Origin: Lama glama
Taxonomy: Eukaryota
Assembly: GCA_028534125.1 (NCBI GenBank)
Contig: CM052817.1
Coordinates: 77,626,001 to 77,690,000, forward strand
Direction: 5' to 3'
Length of the DNA: 64,000 bases
Shown: piece after piece, positions 1-13,849 of the stretch
Layout of the letters: the number at the start of each line of letters is the position of its first letter
How positions within the stretch are numbered: the first letter of the stretch is position 1
Notes under the pieces: generated by a model
Database searches by the model: none
What the model was told of the DNA's origin: nothing
Seen by the model: only the letters and a program-made list of their open reading frames with translations
Made by a program: the position numbers and the translations under genes

Positions 1-442
1 AAGTTGAAAATACTGAAAGTCAAAAATCCATTTCATACACCTAACCTACTGAACATCATGGCTTAGCCTAGCCTTCCTTAAACACGCTCAGAACACTTAC
101 ACTAGCCTACAGGTGGGCAAAATCATCTAACACAAAGCCTATTTTATAACGAATAATATCTCATGTACTTTACTGAATACTGTACTGAAAGCAAAAAATA
201 GAATGGCTGTGTGGGTACAGAACAGTTGTTAAGTGTATTGGATGTTCATCCTCATGATCGCATGGCTAACTGGGAGCTGCACTACTGCTACCGTCCAGCA
301 TCGCGAGAAAGCCTCTTACCAGGAAAAGATCAATATTCAAAATTCGAAGAATGGTTTCTACTGAATGTGTGGAATAGCTTTTCCATAACCATAAAGTAGA
401 AAAAAATTCTAAGTTGAGTCGTCGTAAGTTGAGGATTGTTTG
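1..442 (+). mobile_element. MER47/Tigger5-like DNA transposon (TcMar-Tigger), 5' end outside window
   Basis: ACCTAACCTACTGAACATCATGGCTTAGCCTAGCC...GGCAAAATCATCTAACACAAAGCCTATTTTATAA and terminal GTCGTAAGTTGAGG...TG followed by TA. Confidence 0.8.
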
Positions 443-918
443 TATATATGTTATCAATGTGGGCAACATAAAAGACAAAGTCCAGATGGAAAAAGTAGAG
501 GTAAGGAGTTGTAGTTGGGAAGGAGACATAAGGGATGCTAAGACCCTCATCTTACAAAGCTTGGAATCCAGAGATTCATCCATATCCATCATCCATATAA
601 GGATGATGTCTCTAATTGACAGAGTAAGAAGTAAAACCCTGAATTTAATGCTACAAATGCAACCCATCCAGTAACTTAAAACAGTGACATAGCAATATTG
701 ATAGGATAAGGGTAATGGCAAGTAAAGGATGGTGTAAGTAAAATAAATCCTCATCTGCTAAGTTAATGAATACTGTCTAATAGTGATAAAGCAACAGTGC
801 ATGGGAATTAGGAAATCCAAAAAATAACTGTTAGAAGAAACAGCTAAACTATTTAAAAACTGAATCTGAACAATTTGGATTTCTAATGAAACACATATAT
901 TACTTGGATAATAATTTA

Positions 919-1062
<144 letters not shown>

Positions 1063-2719
1063 CTAGAAAACAGGTAAGACCACAGCCAAGTAAGAACTGT
1101 CTATAAAACTGTCTTGTTATATTGCCTGAAACACAAACAGCATCCAAAAATATTTACAGTTTAAATAAATATTAGAAAACCAAACAGTGCAGATGTTTAT
1201 TCTGCAAAAAATTAGGAACTGATGCAAAGCAAGTGTTAGCTACACGGCACAACTAGTAGATAACAAGTGTTAACACACAGTCTCCTAACGTCATACATTA
1301 TAAGTTAACAAGGAGAAAGAGGGATCTCTTTATATCATTTGAAATTGAAATTCACTCTATGCAAAATTCAGTGTAGTCTCTGAATTATATTAAGACTAGA
1401 TTTAAGCTAAGACTATAAAAATAGCTCGTAACTTATTACTGGGGCAAACTGAAAGCTCACATACTTGTTAGGAGGATACTGGCAATAACAGTCCCATCCA
1501 GAGCTGCAAATATTAGTTTAAAATATGTCTTTTTAAATATAGATCTATCACCTTCATTATACCATACTAAGGTGATGTACTCACAATTACACTAATTATT
1601 GATCAACATAAATCTTTACATGGCAAATTTTATTCACAATCATGAATTTATTTTGCCATCAGATGATACAGCCTAAGAATGCAAATCTTTCAAGCAGGGT
1701 TTACATTAATGGACTATAAACGAATAACAGAATAAGCAGCCAATCTAAAACCATGTTCCCCACCAAATATTCTCAGCTGTCATTAACAGAATAGGAGACT
1801 AGATGTCTATTACACTGATTTTAAAAGGTACTTGCTATGTTTTGAAGCAGTTAAGACATGGGGACCAACACCAGTGCCAATACAGCCTACAGCACAGAGA
1901 CAGAAATAACTCTGTCTCGTTGGAATGTCTTCCAAAAGCTCCTACTAATTTTCAGGGCAGTGACATAAATAGCAATGGGCTTGAATAGGAATAATTCAGT
2001 GGACTCCATGATATACATATAATTACATATTCAAGACGAGAAATAATAAAACCTACTGACAGAATGAAGTTACAAGCAGATTTAAGGGCTTCTGTCCTTA
2101 AATGGAAAGCATGTCGATGTGGTGCAAGGAATGCACTCCTTCAGAGTTGGATAGAAAGAGTAATAAAATAATGCTGACTGCCACTCTTTCTGCAGCTAAA
2201 TTCACATCATCCAGGCTGAACTCACACCTTGGCGCCCCACCGTCTGTGTGCAAAGCTTATAAAACATTCTGAAATTTGTTTCACCAGGAGGCAATTCCAA
2301 CTTTTAGTTGACCCGGAGTGCTGAACTTGGAGCAGTACTTTAGGGGTTTTTTACTTAATGTTGAATTTCTTTATTGCAGTAATGAAAGGTAAATGGGACA
2401 GTTAAAACACCATGTCACCCTCTGGACGGCCCCAACACGCACACAGCCCTGGGGGAGGCTTGGTGGTGCAAGTGAGGAGGGAGTTGAGGGGGTTCTGTTG
2501 ACTGAAGACTGAGGGTACCCCAAAGTCAGGTCAGCACTGACTTGCCAGAGGAAAAAGACACTTCTGTACATTTCAGACCGTTGTAAACCGTAATGTTTTT
2601 GTGATCAGCAATTTCAGCAATAGCTAACTTGAATAGCTAATTTTGTTATACATATATATATATATATAGCAATAGCTAACTTTGAGGTCTATGCACTCTA
2701 AACAGAAAACACCTTCTTA

Positions 2720-2890
<171 letters not shown>

Positions 2891-4204
2891 TTATAGAAGA
2901 ATTTCTACATGAGCTTTAAAATAACAATAAGCTACAAAATCAAACAAACCACTCAGCATTTTAACCAGTTTCGTATCATTTTGTACATTCTTCTTTCCTA
3001 TTAAGAGTTCAAATGTTTCTAACTTCTTGGGTCTCAAACTTGGGGTATTTGGGATTCTGGAATTTCACGCTGAACTGTGGAAGAAACTACTGGCAATCAC
3101 TTTTTATGTGAATATATTTCTTGGTTTTTGAATAGAAGATAAACACTAAATTTATATCACATTTCAAATAAAATATATGATAAAATTAACATTTTATATT
3201 AGTTTTAAATATAATATTCCAAATGGGCTAAATGCTCTTTTACCAAAAATGAAACAAGACCAATGGCCAATCACAGAATTTAAAATGCAGGAGGACCAAT
3301 TAGGTTAAAAATAATTCCTAATGTAGGGATGTTGTCCAACTTCTTTTGAAATTTCTGCCCTTGAAAATTATCTAACCTTCAACAGACTTATTTTTGGGGA
3401 AAGAAAAATCAAAACAGGACTTAACAGACTGAGCCTTATTTCAAATCAGAAAGTGTTTGAAAGACAAACTGAATCTTAAGAAGACTGAGCTAAACTTTGG
3501 AAGTATGTCTTAAGTTTCCACAAAACATTTAGCAAGACTTTTAAGAACCTTCTCATCTTTCTCCTTAAAAGTGTATTTTACTTACCATTTAGCTCCAACT
3601 TTGAGTTATTACCTTAGTCTTATAAACACCTTTAACCCTACTTTTGCTTCCTCTTTACTGCTTATAAATTCTATTCCTTCCTTCCTTCTGCAATTTAGTA
3701 TCAGTGGAAAAACCTATTATTCTCCAAATGGTTATACTTTAGAAATATAAAGCCCCTGGTTTTGTGTGGATGGTTCATTCTTTTTTCTCAGCTCACTCTA
3801 GTCCCTCAGCTTTAAGAAATGGATATAAAATTCCCCTCCCAGATAGCAGAGCAAAGAAGGGGAAACACATTTTTGTCTGATGTAGTTTTCTGTTCTTAAC
3901 ACGTTTCCTCCTCATCCCATGACAAAGGGATGTCAACCTTAAAAAGCAGAATTATCCAATTATCCTGTACTTATTTATTATCCTTAGTTCAATTCGTCCT
4001 TATTTTTGTACACTTTTTAGCTCTTGGGTAGATTTCTAGATGCTACAATCTCAACGACTAAATGCTTACAAAAGCTTTTTTCTAAGACCAAAATGTCTGG
4101 ACTCTGAGGAGGCACATTCACTTGAGTATATCTGAAAGGAGCCTCTTGAGGGTCCCTGGGGTCTAATACATGGTGGTACCAGAAAAACGTGGTTATTTTA
4201 AGGG

Positions 4205-4445
4205 TTCATCCTTTTACTCAACAAACACTGAGGTGCCTACTGTGTACCAAGGAGTGATAAAAAATGGGAGAAAGACTACCCAAAAGAAGCTCAGAATCAA
4301 GAAAGGGTTATACATAAACCATAAACATACACTTACAGCACGTGGGACAGTATAGTCAGTTTCATGATACAGATGCTAAAAGCACAGAAGGGGGACCTAA
4401 CACACAAAAGAGAAGGCTTCTCAGAAGGGATAACATTTGAGTTTT
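4205..4445 (-). mobile_element. L2 LINE 3' fragment
   Basis: Degenerate reverse complement of L2 3' end (ACTCAACAAACACTGAGGTGCCTACTGTGTACCAAGG...CATTTGAG). Confidence 0.55.
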
Positions 4446-5444
4446 TATTTCTAATAAATGGTTTGATAAAAGACTTGAATTTTAAATCTTTATTTTAAGG
4501 AAGACGACTTTAAGGCAGATAAAGAGACTGTTAGGCAAATCTTCTCAGATACTTATATAGTATAAAAAAGTATGTATTGATATGCTGTGTACCTGGAGCT
4601 GTGTAAGGCAATGTACTAAGCAAGAAAGTAAAGTTCCTGCTCACTCAAAACTGTAATGGGACACAAAGCTAGCTATTTATTAAATGGCTAATAATCAAAC
4701 TGTATTAACATTTTATTCCATCATGATATCACCATACACTGACAGTGAGATGACAGCTTTTTTCAAAGTCTTAAAAGAAAAGAGAAAAATCAACGGCACA
4801 ATGCATTTTCTGGTAAAAGTGATAAGATGTTGTTTAGTTGAGGTCTTATAGTTCCTTGAGAACCAGAGGACAGCTGGTTGTGGACACTCAGCTGACTGTG
4901 GTCCAAGGCTGCAGTCTACGGATATCCTTAACCCAGTCAGTGGTCTCTGCATGGATTTGGGGTGCTGGGGAGAGTTGGGAGGGAAGGGGGTAGAAATATT
5001 TTATGGAGAGTCAATGACCATCAGCCTGTACTAGAAAAGCAGAAGCAAAGTAGACATAGTCTGTTCCCAGTAGGCCTGCAGCATCCTGCCTTCACTTACG
5101 TAGAAGAGCATTTCAAACAAGGCTGTTTCAGTGCACATGGGGGTGTTCCTAGAGCTCTCCCTTTAACACCCTGTACCCCAATTTCAGCTTCTGTTTCAGT
5201 TTGCACATTTACACTTGGGAGCATATATAGGTAGGCATTTTTCTAACTGTGGGCTGGAAAGTTTTCTCTGTGTAAAAGAATAATGTCCCAGAAACCATCC
5301 TAAATATAAGCCATTATTCAGGATTTTCAACCAACACAACCGTGTTCGTGTGGTTCAATAACTAGTTTCCGTTTCTAGAATCTCTATTTCTTTTCTCAAA
5401 CTTGTCTATTTTGCCTCCTTTTTTTCCTTTAAATACTAGTGCTT

Positions 5445-5932
5445 GATAAAGAAGATGTGATATATATACACAATGGAATACTATTCAGCCTTAAAAAGAA
5501 GAAAATGATGTCATTTGCAGCAACATAGATGGATCTAGACATTATCATACTAAGCAAAGTCAGACAGAGAAAGACAAATATCATGTATCACTTACATGTG
5601 GAATCTAAAAAGAAAAAGACACAAATTAACTTATTTACAAAACAGAAACAGATTCACAGACACAGGAAACAAACTTATGGTTACCAGGGGGGAAGGGGGT
5701 GGGAAGGGATAAATTGGGAGTTCCGGATTTGCAGCTACTAACTGTTATATATAGAATAGATAAGCAACAAGGTCCTATTGTGTAGCATAAGAAACTACAT
5801 TCAATAACTTGTAATAACCTATAATGGAAAAGAATATGAAAAATATATAAAAATGTATAACTGAATCACTATGCAGTACACCAGAAACTAACACAACATT
5901 GTAAATCAACTAAACTTCAGTTGAAAGAAAAA
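5445..5932 (+). mobile_element. L1 3' end (ORF2 C-terminus and 3' UTR), artiodactyl-type, 5'-truncated
   Basis: Encodes remnant ...MDLDIIILSKVRQRK; G-rich 3' UTR tract; A-rich tail; imperfect TSD AAATACTAGTG / AAATATCAGTG. Confidence 0.9.
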
Positions 5933-7796
5933 TATCAGTGTCTGTTGTCCTTCATCTCTTTAAACATACTGAGTTTCCAGCATAAGTTCATCCAGAGCAG
6001 GGACTGTTCCCCCTGGGAGCCTCATGTCCCCTAATCACGAAGTGTCAGACATAGCGATGTGCTGCCTGTCTGGCGCTCACTGGTGATACGAACTTGAGCT
6101 CCATATCCGTGTGGGGCACAGGCATGGCTCTTAGGGTTCACAGGTGTCTCTTCTTTCTCTCGCTGCTGCCGGCAGAAGCACACTTCCTTGCTGCTTCCTC
6201 TGGCTGCTGGTGGAGCTTTACAGGCCTCATTCCATGAGTGGAACCTTAACAGATCTAGGCTTCCCCTGGGAGCTTAGTTTCACCTCCCTGCCCCCACTGT
6301 ACTGGCAGAGGGGGCTCATCACCTCTATCTGCAGATGTTACCTGAATCTCACATCTCTGCAGCCCATCTGGCCTTTGGTCACTCACATTGCTTCCCCTGG
6401 GTTCCCCTCTTTGCTTCTGACACCTGAGGTTTTCCCTTTCTTGAGATCATCTGTAATTTTTAAAATTGCTTTTGGTGAAATTTTATCTCCTAGTTGTTTG
6501 CAGAATGGATGGTGGGTGGTCTTCCGCATCTGTTCAGTCTGGCAGACTAACCAGGAATCTTGTTCACAGGCTTCAAAACCTACGTTGTACCCCTTGAACA
6601 CCAGCTCTTCACTATATTTAATTTTCCCCCTGAACTATTAGAGCAAGACATTAATCATTAGGCAGCTTTATGGAATGAGGACTTGCAACAATGAATTTTT
6701 CATCCTTTCTGGTAACCAATTATTTCTCACTAATAATTTTCTAGATTTAGATATTAGAGGTTAATTTGCTTAAGGGATGAATAAGTAAATATAATTAATA
6801 GATTAAAAACAAAACACAAGTTCTTTCAAGAGACTATTAGGCCAGGAACATATATCTAATACACACATGGGCTTCCATCCCCAGGTGGAAGACATTTTTT
6901 TAAAAAGCACTGATGAAAATAACAGCTAAAAATCAGAGAAAAGGTATAACATTTGTCCAAGGTCAAATAAGACAATAAAAGATAAAAAGACTTTGATTCT
7001 CTGAATTTCAAGGATCCTAAGCAAAACCAGCACCCTCTGCCCTCCTTGTGTTGATACAAAGCCTTCCCTTCTACCATCTATTGCTCCTTTAAACAAATTA
7101 ATTCACTTTCTTCAAGCCAAGGAACTGCTCACCATAGGTTTTTAAATGTCAGTTTTCAAAGACAGCTTTCATGGCAAGTGTATGTCAGACCTCTGAGAGA
7201 CAAAGCCCCTGAAAATGCCAGCTTCCGTATCAGAAAGCCCAGTCACTTCTGCCTGCCTGCTGCCTACCTGCAGTGTCCTCAAACACCTAAACTTCATGCT
7301 ATTTTTTTTTTAAGCACAAAGAAGCTTCTTTTCTATTGCACTGGCACTTTTCACAGCATAAATGAATACTGTATCCTCACAGGGTCAAGTATTCTTTCAG
7401 GAATGCAAAGGGCAAGATTTGACTCTCACTGGGTGAGCAGTGAGGAATGTGACAGCTGGTCGCTTCAGGGGCAAGTGATCATCGCCACAGTGAGCAATTT
7501 CTTCTTTAATCAGCAGCTGCCCCAGACCCTCACCGAGGCCATACATCAGTCCCAATACATTTCCCACTCAGGGTTCCAGGGGATGCTCAGCATGGAGGCT
7601 AAAAGCACAGGAGAAAAGGAACAGGCTCAACAATTCTTAGTTACCCGTCTCTCCCACTCGCAGAATGTCTCTATCATAATCAGACCACATATAACCTGAG
7701 CCCAAAGCTTTACTTCACCAAGAAGACGGGAATTTAACATAGACAGAAGCCAGTGGAGAATCCTCTCCAGTGCTCTTTTCAGGCTTTCCTTGACTT

Positions 7797-7945
7797 GATC
7801 ATTCATTCAGTAACAAATACTTTATTCAACACATAATTAATGAGTGCTTATTATGTACCAGTCACTGTTCTAGACGATGAAGATGACAAGGTAGAGAATA
7901 AGATAGATACAAATCCCTGTCCTCATGGGGCTGACATTCTAGTCA
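7797..7945 (-). mobile_element. L2 LINE 3' terminus
   Basis: TCATTCATTCAG...GAGTGCTTATTATGTACCAGTCACTGTTCTAG...CCCTGTCCTCATGGGGCTGACATTCTAG. Confidence 0.75.
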
Positions 7946-8097
7946 GAATGCAACACATGGAAGGGAATCCCATCCCCGTCATCTTGCCCACCCATGTTTT
8001 ACAGACAAAATGAAATTGCGACGGTTGACATGACCAAACCAGGCTTTTTCACTTCTCTTCCAGATCCTAGCAATCAGCAAATTATGGTCATATTCCA

Positions 8098-8592
8098 TGT
8101 AGTAGGCAAAATAATGGCCTCCAAAGATGTCCTCATCCTAATCCCTGGAGCCAGTGAATGTGCTGCCTTAAATGACAAAGGGGACTTTGCAGATGTGAGA
8201 GTTAAGAATCTGGAGATAGGGAGATAATCCTGAATCATCTGGGGAGAAAAGGAACAGGCTCAACAAAGTAATCACAAGAATCCTTCTGATGGAAAATGGG
8301 AGGCAGGAGAGTCAGAGTCGGAGATTTTAAGATTCAGCTGCAGGTTTTGAAGATGAGGAAGGGGCCACAAGCCAAGCAATGTGGGCAGCCCATGGACGCA
8401 GGAAATGGCAAGACGATAGATTCTTCCCTAGAGAGTCCACACAGCAACACAGCCCTGCTGACACTCTGTGTTAGCCCAGTGAGAACTGTTTTGGACTTGG
8501 ACCTCCAAAACTGAGGATAATACACTTGTGTTGTTTTAAGCCACTAAATTTCTGCTAGTTTTTTTTTTTTGCAGCAATAAGAAATTAATACA
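8098..8592 (+). mobile_element. MaLR solo LTR, MLT1D-like
   Basis: TG...CA termini, perfect 5-bp TSD TTCCA (8093-8097, 8593-8597), MLT1 motifs GGGACTTTGCAGATGTG and TGTTGTTTTAAGCCACTAAATT. Confidence 0.88.
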
Positions 8593-9539
8593 TTCCATTA
8601 GAATTACTCTCACATGCTCCTATTCCTTCTTCACTCTCACCCAATACTGTATTTTGTGTTTCACCATCTAAATCCTCACTTTCTTTGAAAGCCCTGACAT
8701 CTCACGGTTAATTGTTTTCTCAACTTCAGTCCATCTTTGACACTAATGCCAAATTTATCTTCTGGGAACACTGTTTTGCACATACAAATTATCTTATTAC
8801 TCCAATGAGTAATGGTTCATCCATCGGTCTATAGGACAAAAACTGAAGACTCTGATTCCAAACACTCTGCTTGAACTACAATCACTCACATGCATCTTTG
8901 AATGAGAATGCTACAATGACCACTGTTCATATCACTCCCTGAAATATTGCCTTCCACTTTTTCCACTGAGGCTGAGTCTCCAAAAAGCTTCCCTTCAAAC
9001 GCCTCTGAAATCCTGTGTGGCCGTTGTGTGTGCTATACATCTGATACACACATCTTTACCCTCATTTTCTCTACTCACATCCTAAATCTGCAATAAGATT
9101 ATTTTTCTAAGGACACGATTTATAGCTTATGCTTTATGGAAACATCAGTACTTTGCATTGTTCTGAATATACTCAATACTTGATATTTGTTGTTGATGAT
9201 CGTGGGAAAAGTATCGGAGGGATTAGATTTGTTTAGGGTGATGTACTTACTGGATGATTCACACTTGAATAATAGTTAATACTATCTGCACATTTTTTTC
9301 TCCGCCCTTCGCTTGGTATTAAGAGATCTGCCCACATCCAAGAACTTTTATGTGGCAGTAAGAAGTTTATACTCTTAATAAGCCTTTTGTTATGGAGTTG
9401 AAGCTTACAGCCTAAAAGGTCTTTGGGGGAGTGGGAAAAAAAAGCTTGAGGTTGTGAGTTTTAATTTTAAAAATACAGAAAATCACAGAGAATGAGATGC
9501 TAAACATCCATGTCCTTGTCACGAAGAAGAGTAGTGGTA

Positions 9540-9700
9540 AAGTGGGGCTTGCTAAATAAAACACAGCTAGCTGGATCCCACCCCCAGAGTTTCAGATTCA
9601 GAGAGCTGGGTGGGGGCCAGAGAATCTGTTTTACTAAAAGTTCTCAGGTAATGCCAAATGCTGCTGATTTAGGGACAAAAAACACTTTGAGAGCCATTGA
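9540..9700. mobile_element. MER5A-like hAT-Charlie element
   Basis: CCCACCCCCAGAGTTTCAGATTCAG...AGAATCTG...CACTTTGAGAGCCATTG. Confidence 0.7.
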
Positions 9701-9789
9701 CATAGAACTACTAAGTGTTAATACTTGGCAATGTTTCCTCTTTTTTAAAGTTAAATTAAGATAACATTAAATTGGACTTTCCCCTTCCC

Positions 9790-10175
9790 AGTCCCATTGT
9801 ATTTCATGCCAAATTTTACTTGTTTGATCCCCAAATGTTTGGGTGATCTGTAATTTTTTTGCTATTACAAACAATCTACAATGAACATCTCTGTATAGGT
9901 CTCCTTGTGCATGTGTGCCAGAGCTTACATGATGCAATCTTCAAAGGACTACAGGAATTTACACCTTTATCAACAATGTATAAAAACTCTTGTAAACCTC
10001 ACATCCTAACCAGCTTTTAAATCTTTGTCAATCTGTTAGGTATAAACATGTATCTCACAGTTGCCTTAACTTGCATTTTCCTGATTACAAGAGAGAATTA
10101 ACAGCTTTTTAGTTATTATTGACTATGCTGGTATTCCTCTTCTGTGTTGCTTCTACGTATCTTTGCCAATTTTGA
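9790..10175 (-). mobile_element. Old L1M fragment
   Basis: TTTTTGCTATTACAAACAATCTACAATGAACATC...TTGCATTTTCCTGATTAC, typical of reverse-strand L1M ORF2 3' region. Confidence 0.6.
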
Positions 10176-10614
10176 CCTTTTTATTGTCAATAATGAATTT
10201 GAGCATCTAGTTTTGGTACTTCTTTAAATGACTGGTAAGACTGACTTGACTTGGTTGTGATGCTAAATTTCATCCATCTGTACAGACAAGCACTTTGCCA
10301 CACCTATTTCTCTCAAGGGTATGTTTATGGATCTTTCAGAAGTGGGAGGTAAGACAAGTATGAATACAGGAGAAGTGATGCTTTTAGGTTACTCTTACAG
10401 CCTGGGTGGCTGTAAAGCGGCAGCCAAGGTGAAGGGAAGAAGCTTCTAGGATGTTGCAAGATATAAACAGCAGTGCCCCAAAGATAACTGGCACCAGAAA
10501 TATATAATCAATGGCCAGTATCTCTCATGTAGTTAATAAATCCATTCCTATACCAAAAAAAAGAGAAGAAAAACTCATAATGCTAAAAAGCTTGCCGTTT
10601 AAAAAAAGGGAGGG

Positions 10615-10800
10615 CCTGCTACGTGATAGGCACTTTATCTGTTAGTCCATCTAACTTTTGCCACAACCCTTTCAGGTAGACATTATCATTCCCATTTTAT
10701 CACAAGGGCAGCTGATGTTCAGAAAAGCTAACTAAATAGGTAGTCTGAGAATGTGCAAACGCAGATGCTCTCCAGCTCTGATCCCAAAGGCTCCGTTTTC
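10615..10800 (-). mobile_element. MIR SINE
   Basis: CACAACCCTTTCAGGTAGACATTATCATTCCCATTTTA core. Confidence 0.6.
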
Positions 10801-11184
10801 TCCTACTACTCCCCTTCAGGGGAAAGCAAAACCGGCACCACTATAAAATACAGGTTCTTAAGCACTCTTGTTTTAAACTAGAGGAATCATGAAGACCGGC
10901 GGTTGTCCAGTACATCCAGCACTGTCTTCAGACCCCATCTGCTTGTCTTGTTAAAGTGTGCTTTCATGAAAGGGAATGGAACTGTTTCAAAACTATAACT
11001 TTAAGAAACAAAGACAAATCCAGAGTGGCTGTGAAAAGTTCTGTTTTCTTGGACTTTGATTATAAATCTTATGACATATTTTCATACTCAAGAACTACTT
11101 ACGTAACATAAGAAGCCTTATGTTTCAGGGGAAAATAGATAACAATGCAGTTTCAAAATTAAGCAGTTTATTCAAGAAAAAGCA

Positions 11185-11365
11185 GAATTAACCTATGGTG
11201 ACAGAAACCAGAACCATGTTGCCCACAGGTTGTGGGCACTGACAGAGGCGATGAAAGTGTTTTCTATCTTGATTAGGGTGTGAGTTACACTGATGTATAA
11301 TTTGTGAAACTCATCAAGTTGTACATGAAGATCTGTGTATTTCACTGAATGTAAACTTTAACCTG
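11185..11365 (+). mobile_element. Old L1M 3' UTR fragment
   Basis: TCTATCTTGATTAGGGTGTGAGTTACAC...AAACTCATCAAGTTGTACA. Confidence 0.6.
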
Positions 11366-11684
11366 GTTTTCAAAAAGTAATATTTAATTGGCTGAAAAGT
11401 AAATTCATAAAAGCTGATGATATCTGAAAGTGGTGGTTCACATGCTGAGTTTGCAGCTGTCCTGGTAACAGGGAAGCAGACTAAGGTCCTGACCGTCTGC
11501 CCTGTGCTCACAGGCAGGACGGATGTTCCCTGGCTCAGGCCAGGACAAGTCCACTTCTGGGGGTCAGTAGCTGTCCTGTCCTGGGAACATTCAGTGGGGC
11601 TGGTGCCAACCTGAGACTGGATTTATTCCAGACAAGGGGATGCTGGGCATAATTCTTAATCCTAGCATTTAATCTTATCCCTTT

Positions 11685-11709
11685 GCGCGCACACACACAC
11701 ACACACACA
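11685..11709. repeat. (GC)n(AC)n microsatellite
   Basis: GCGCGCACACACACACACACACACA. Confidence 0.85.
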
Positions 11710-13329
11710 AAAAGAGAAGAAAAGAAAAAAATCTTCCCTGCTAAATACCAAGCTCTTTGCCATACCAGCTTTTAAGCAATGAGGTGACCTTAAACCTAGA
11801 CCATAGGGACCTGCTGCCTTCTTCTTAGACCTTTCTGTCCCTTGGGTTATGAAGATTCAGGCCTGAGACAGAGCAGCACATAATCATTGTGAGCAGTCTC
11901 TTTCCATGCCCTTTAAAAACTGCAGAGACACAAAGGTTACACAGCAGAAGAGGGTCTGCTGTCTTTCCCATGGCAGGCTATGCTCAGCGTTTACTGCTGT
12001 TATTTAACTTTCCATTCCTCCCTTTGTCTGGCCTTGCAACATTCCAAAGGGAGGAGACAAACGTTTTCTAAACCTCCACTAGGTGATGAGCTCTGGGGTG
12101 GGCACCGTCACATTCCTTGTCTCATTACAACAGTCAAGCCCCCTGTGTGTTTGTACTTCATGTTGAAACATCACAGGCAAGTCACCAAAGGCACAGAGAG
12201 GTAAAGAAAGATACTCAAGGAACCACTCATCTTAAGCCAGTACTCAAGACCAAGTCGTTTTTGCTACAGTTGAAACTCTTTCAAACTCTCTCTGCCTAAT
12301 TGGGAAAAAGTCCAAAATAACAATTAAAAATTTGTGTACTCAGTATCTATTGTACACACTACACTTTGTATTAGAATAATCCTATCACTGTTTGTGCCCA
12401 CCTTTACACGTGACATTGCCAAAAATGACTTCAGAGCCTTGGATCTATTTAATAACTAAGATTTATTTTCAGGGTGGTGTACTGCATTTTGCCAGGTGCT
12501 GGCCTGCAAAGCACAGGCTTACCCTGGACACTGCTGTTGGATTTGGACTCTATTAAAACCAGGATGGAACGTGTTCCAGTGCTGTCTGCACTTACAACAG
12601 GTCCATGTTTCTACAGCCCGGCCAGATGCTATGCTAGTAAAGCTTCCTGATAATTACAGGGTAGAGGGGTGTGCCCATGATGTGGACCTAATACAAACAG
12701 CAGAGAAAAAACACAGCCAAAGTGGCACAGAGTAAGTTTGGATCAAAACACCAACAGGCTGAATCTCATTTACAAATTAAAGTTGGTATCAAAGGTTGAC
12801 AGAACACCTTCTTATTAACAGGAGTTGAACTAAGTGTTCAGATCACTACTCTTGCCTCTACTGGTCCATCTAACTGCATCAGCACCACAAGAAGCTGGAT
12901 ATCCACAGTGTTTAGCTTAAGAGATCCAGGGGAAAAAATGTGTGTGTATGTGTTTATAATTCTTTTACATTCAACAAATCCTTCACATAGAGAATATAGC
13001 CTATAATAATATTTTATCTCTAAGTTTAGTTTTTTCTCCAAATGGAAAATAAGCCTGAAAAGGTAGTCATATAGGAAAGCTCGGTTGCAGACAGACACCT
13101 GTCTAGATGTAGGTGTCACCGGCACAGAGACATGCCCTCCTCGACACCGCTGTGCCTGGTCGTATTCAAAGCAATTAATCTGGAATCATTGCATGTAACT
13201 CCAGATTTTATTATTATTCCAGTTCATAATCTGCATTTTCAAAAAGCTAAAACAGTAAAAGAGTTGGTTGGTATCTTTACAGGTACAGTCATTAATAAAG
13301 ATGAAAGAAGGTAATTATTATTTGCTGGT

Positions 13330-13470
13330 GAGAAAAATGCAGCCTTAGAATAAGATGATGTGGATCTGAACTCCAGCTCTGCCACTTAATAGAGATGTAA
13401 TGTTGGGAAATTTCCTTAACTCGACCAAGTCCATATTTCCTTATCCAAAAGGGGGATGATAATATCAACA
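13330..13470 (+). mobile_element. MIR SINE
   Basis: CCAGCTCTGCCACTTAATAG...TTTCCTTATCCAAAAGGGGGATGATAATA. Confidence 0.6.
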
Positions 13471-13676
13471 AAAACAGTTATTACTGATCTCCAAGTGTCA
13501 GCAGGAAGATCCTAATCCTACTGCCATTGACCAGGTAGCCTTGATTATATTTCTATTTGAGATCCCTTCATTTGTTAATCTATTTTGGTCACCATGGTTT
13601 GCTATGGCAAAGAAACACTTCTGAAAAAAGAAGTTCTTAGGTAAACTAGATTATTGCACATCATAGATGCAGTTTA

Positions 13677-13810
13677 TTTATTTATTTGTTTGTTTGTTTC
13701 TTGGGGGGAGGTAATTAGATTTCTTTACTTTAATAGAGGTACTGGGGATTGAACCCAGGACCTCGTGCATGCTAAGCATGTACTCTACCACTGAGCTATA
13801 CCCTCTCCCC
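13677..13810 (-). mobile_element. Camelid tRNA-Ala-derived SINE (Vic-1 type)
   Basis: Minus strand GGGGAGAGGGTATAGCTCAGTGGTAGAG...GGTTCAATCCCCAG (A and B boxes), CTAATTACCTCCCCCC, A-rich tail; perfect 15-bp TSD CATAGATGCAGTTTA (13662-13676, 13811-13825). Confidence 0.92.
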
Positions 13811-13849
13811 CATAGATGCAGTTTAAATTCACCTCCTGTGTGAGGCATT

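Noticed and set aside
6144..7699. 165-aa and 173-aa plus-strand ORFs and a minus-strand AAT|GTGAGT donor near 6390
   Set aside because: No recognisable protein similarity, GTG starts, and no convincing matching acceptor.
13735..13810. tRNA-Ala-like sequence
   Set aside because: It is the head of a SINE with an A-rich tail and a 15-bp TSD, not a tRNA gene.
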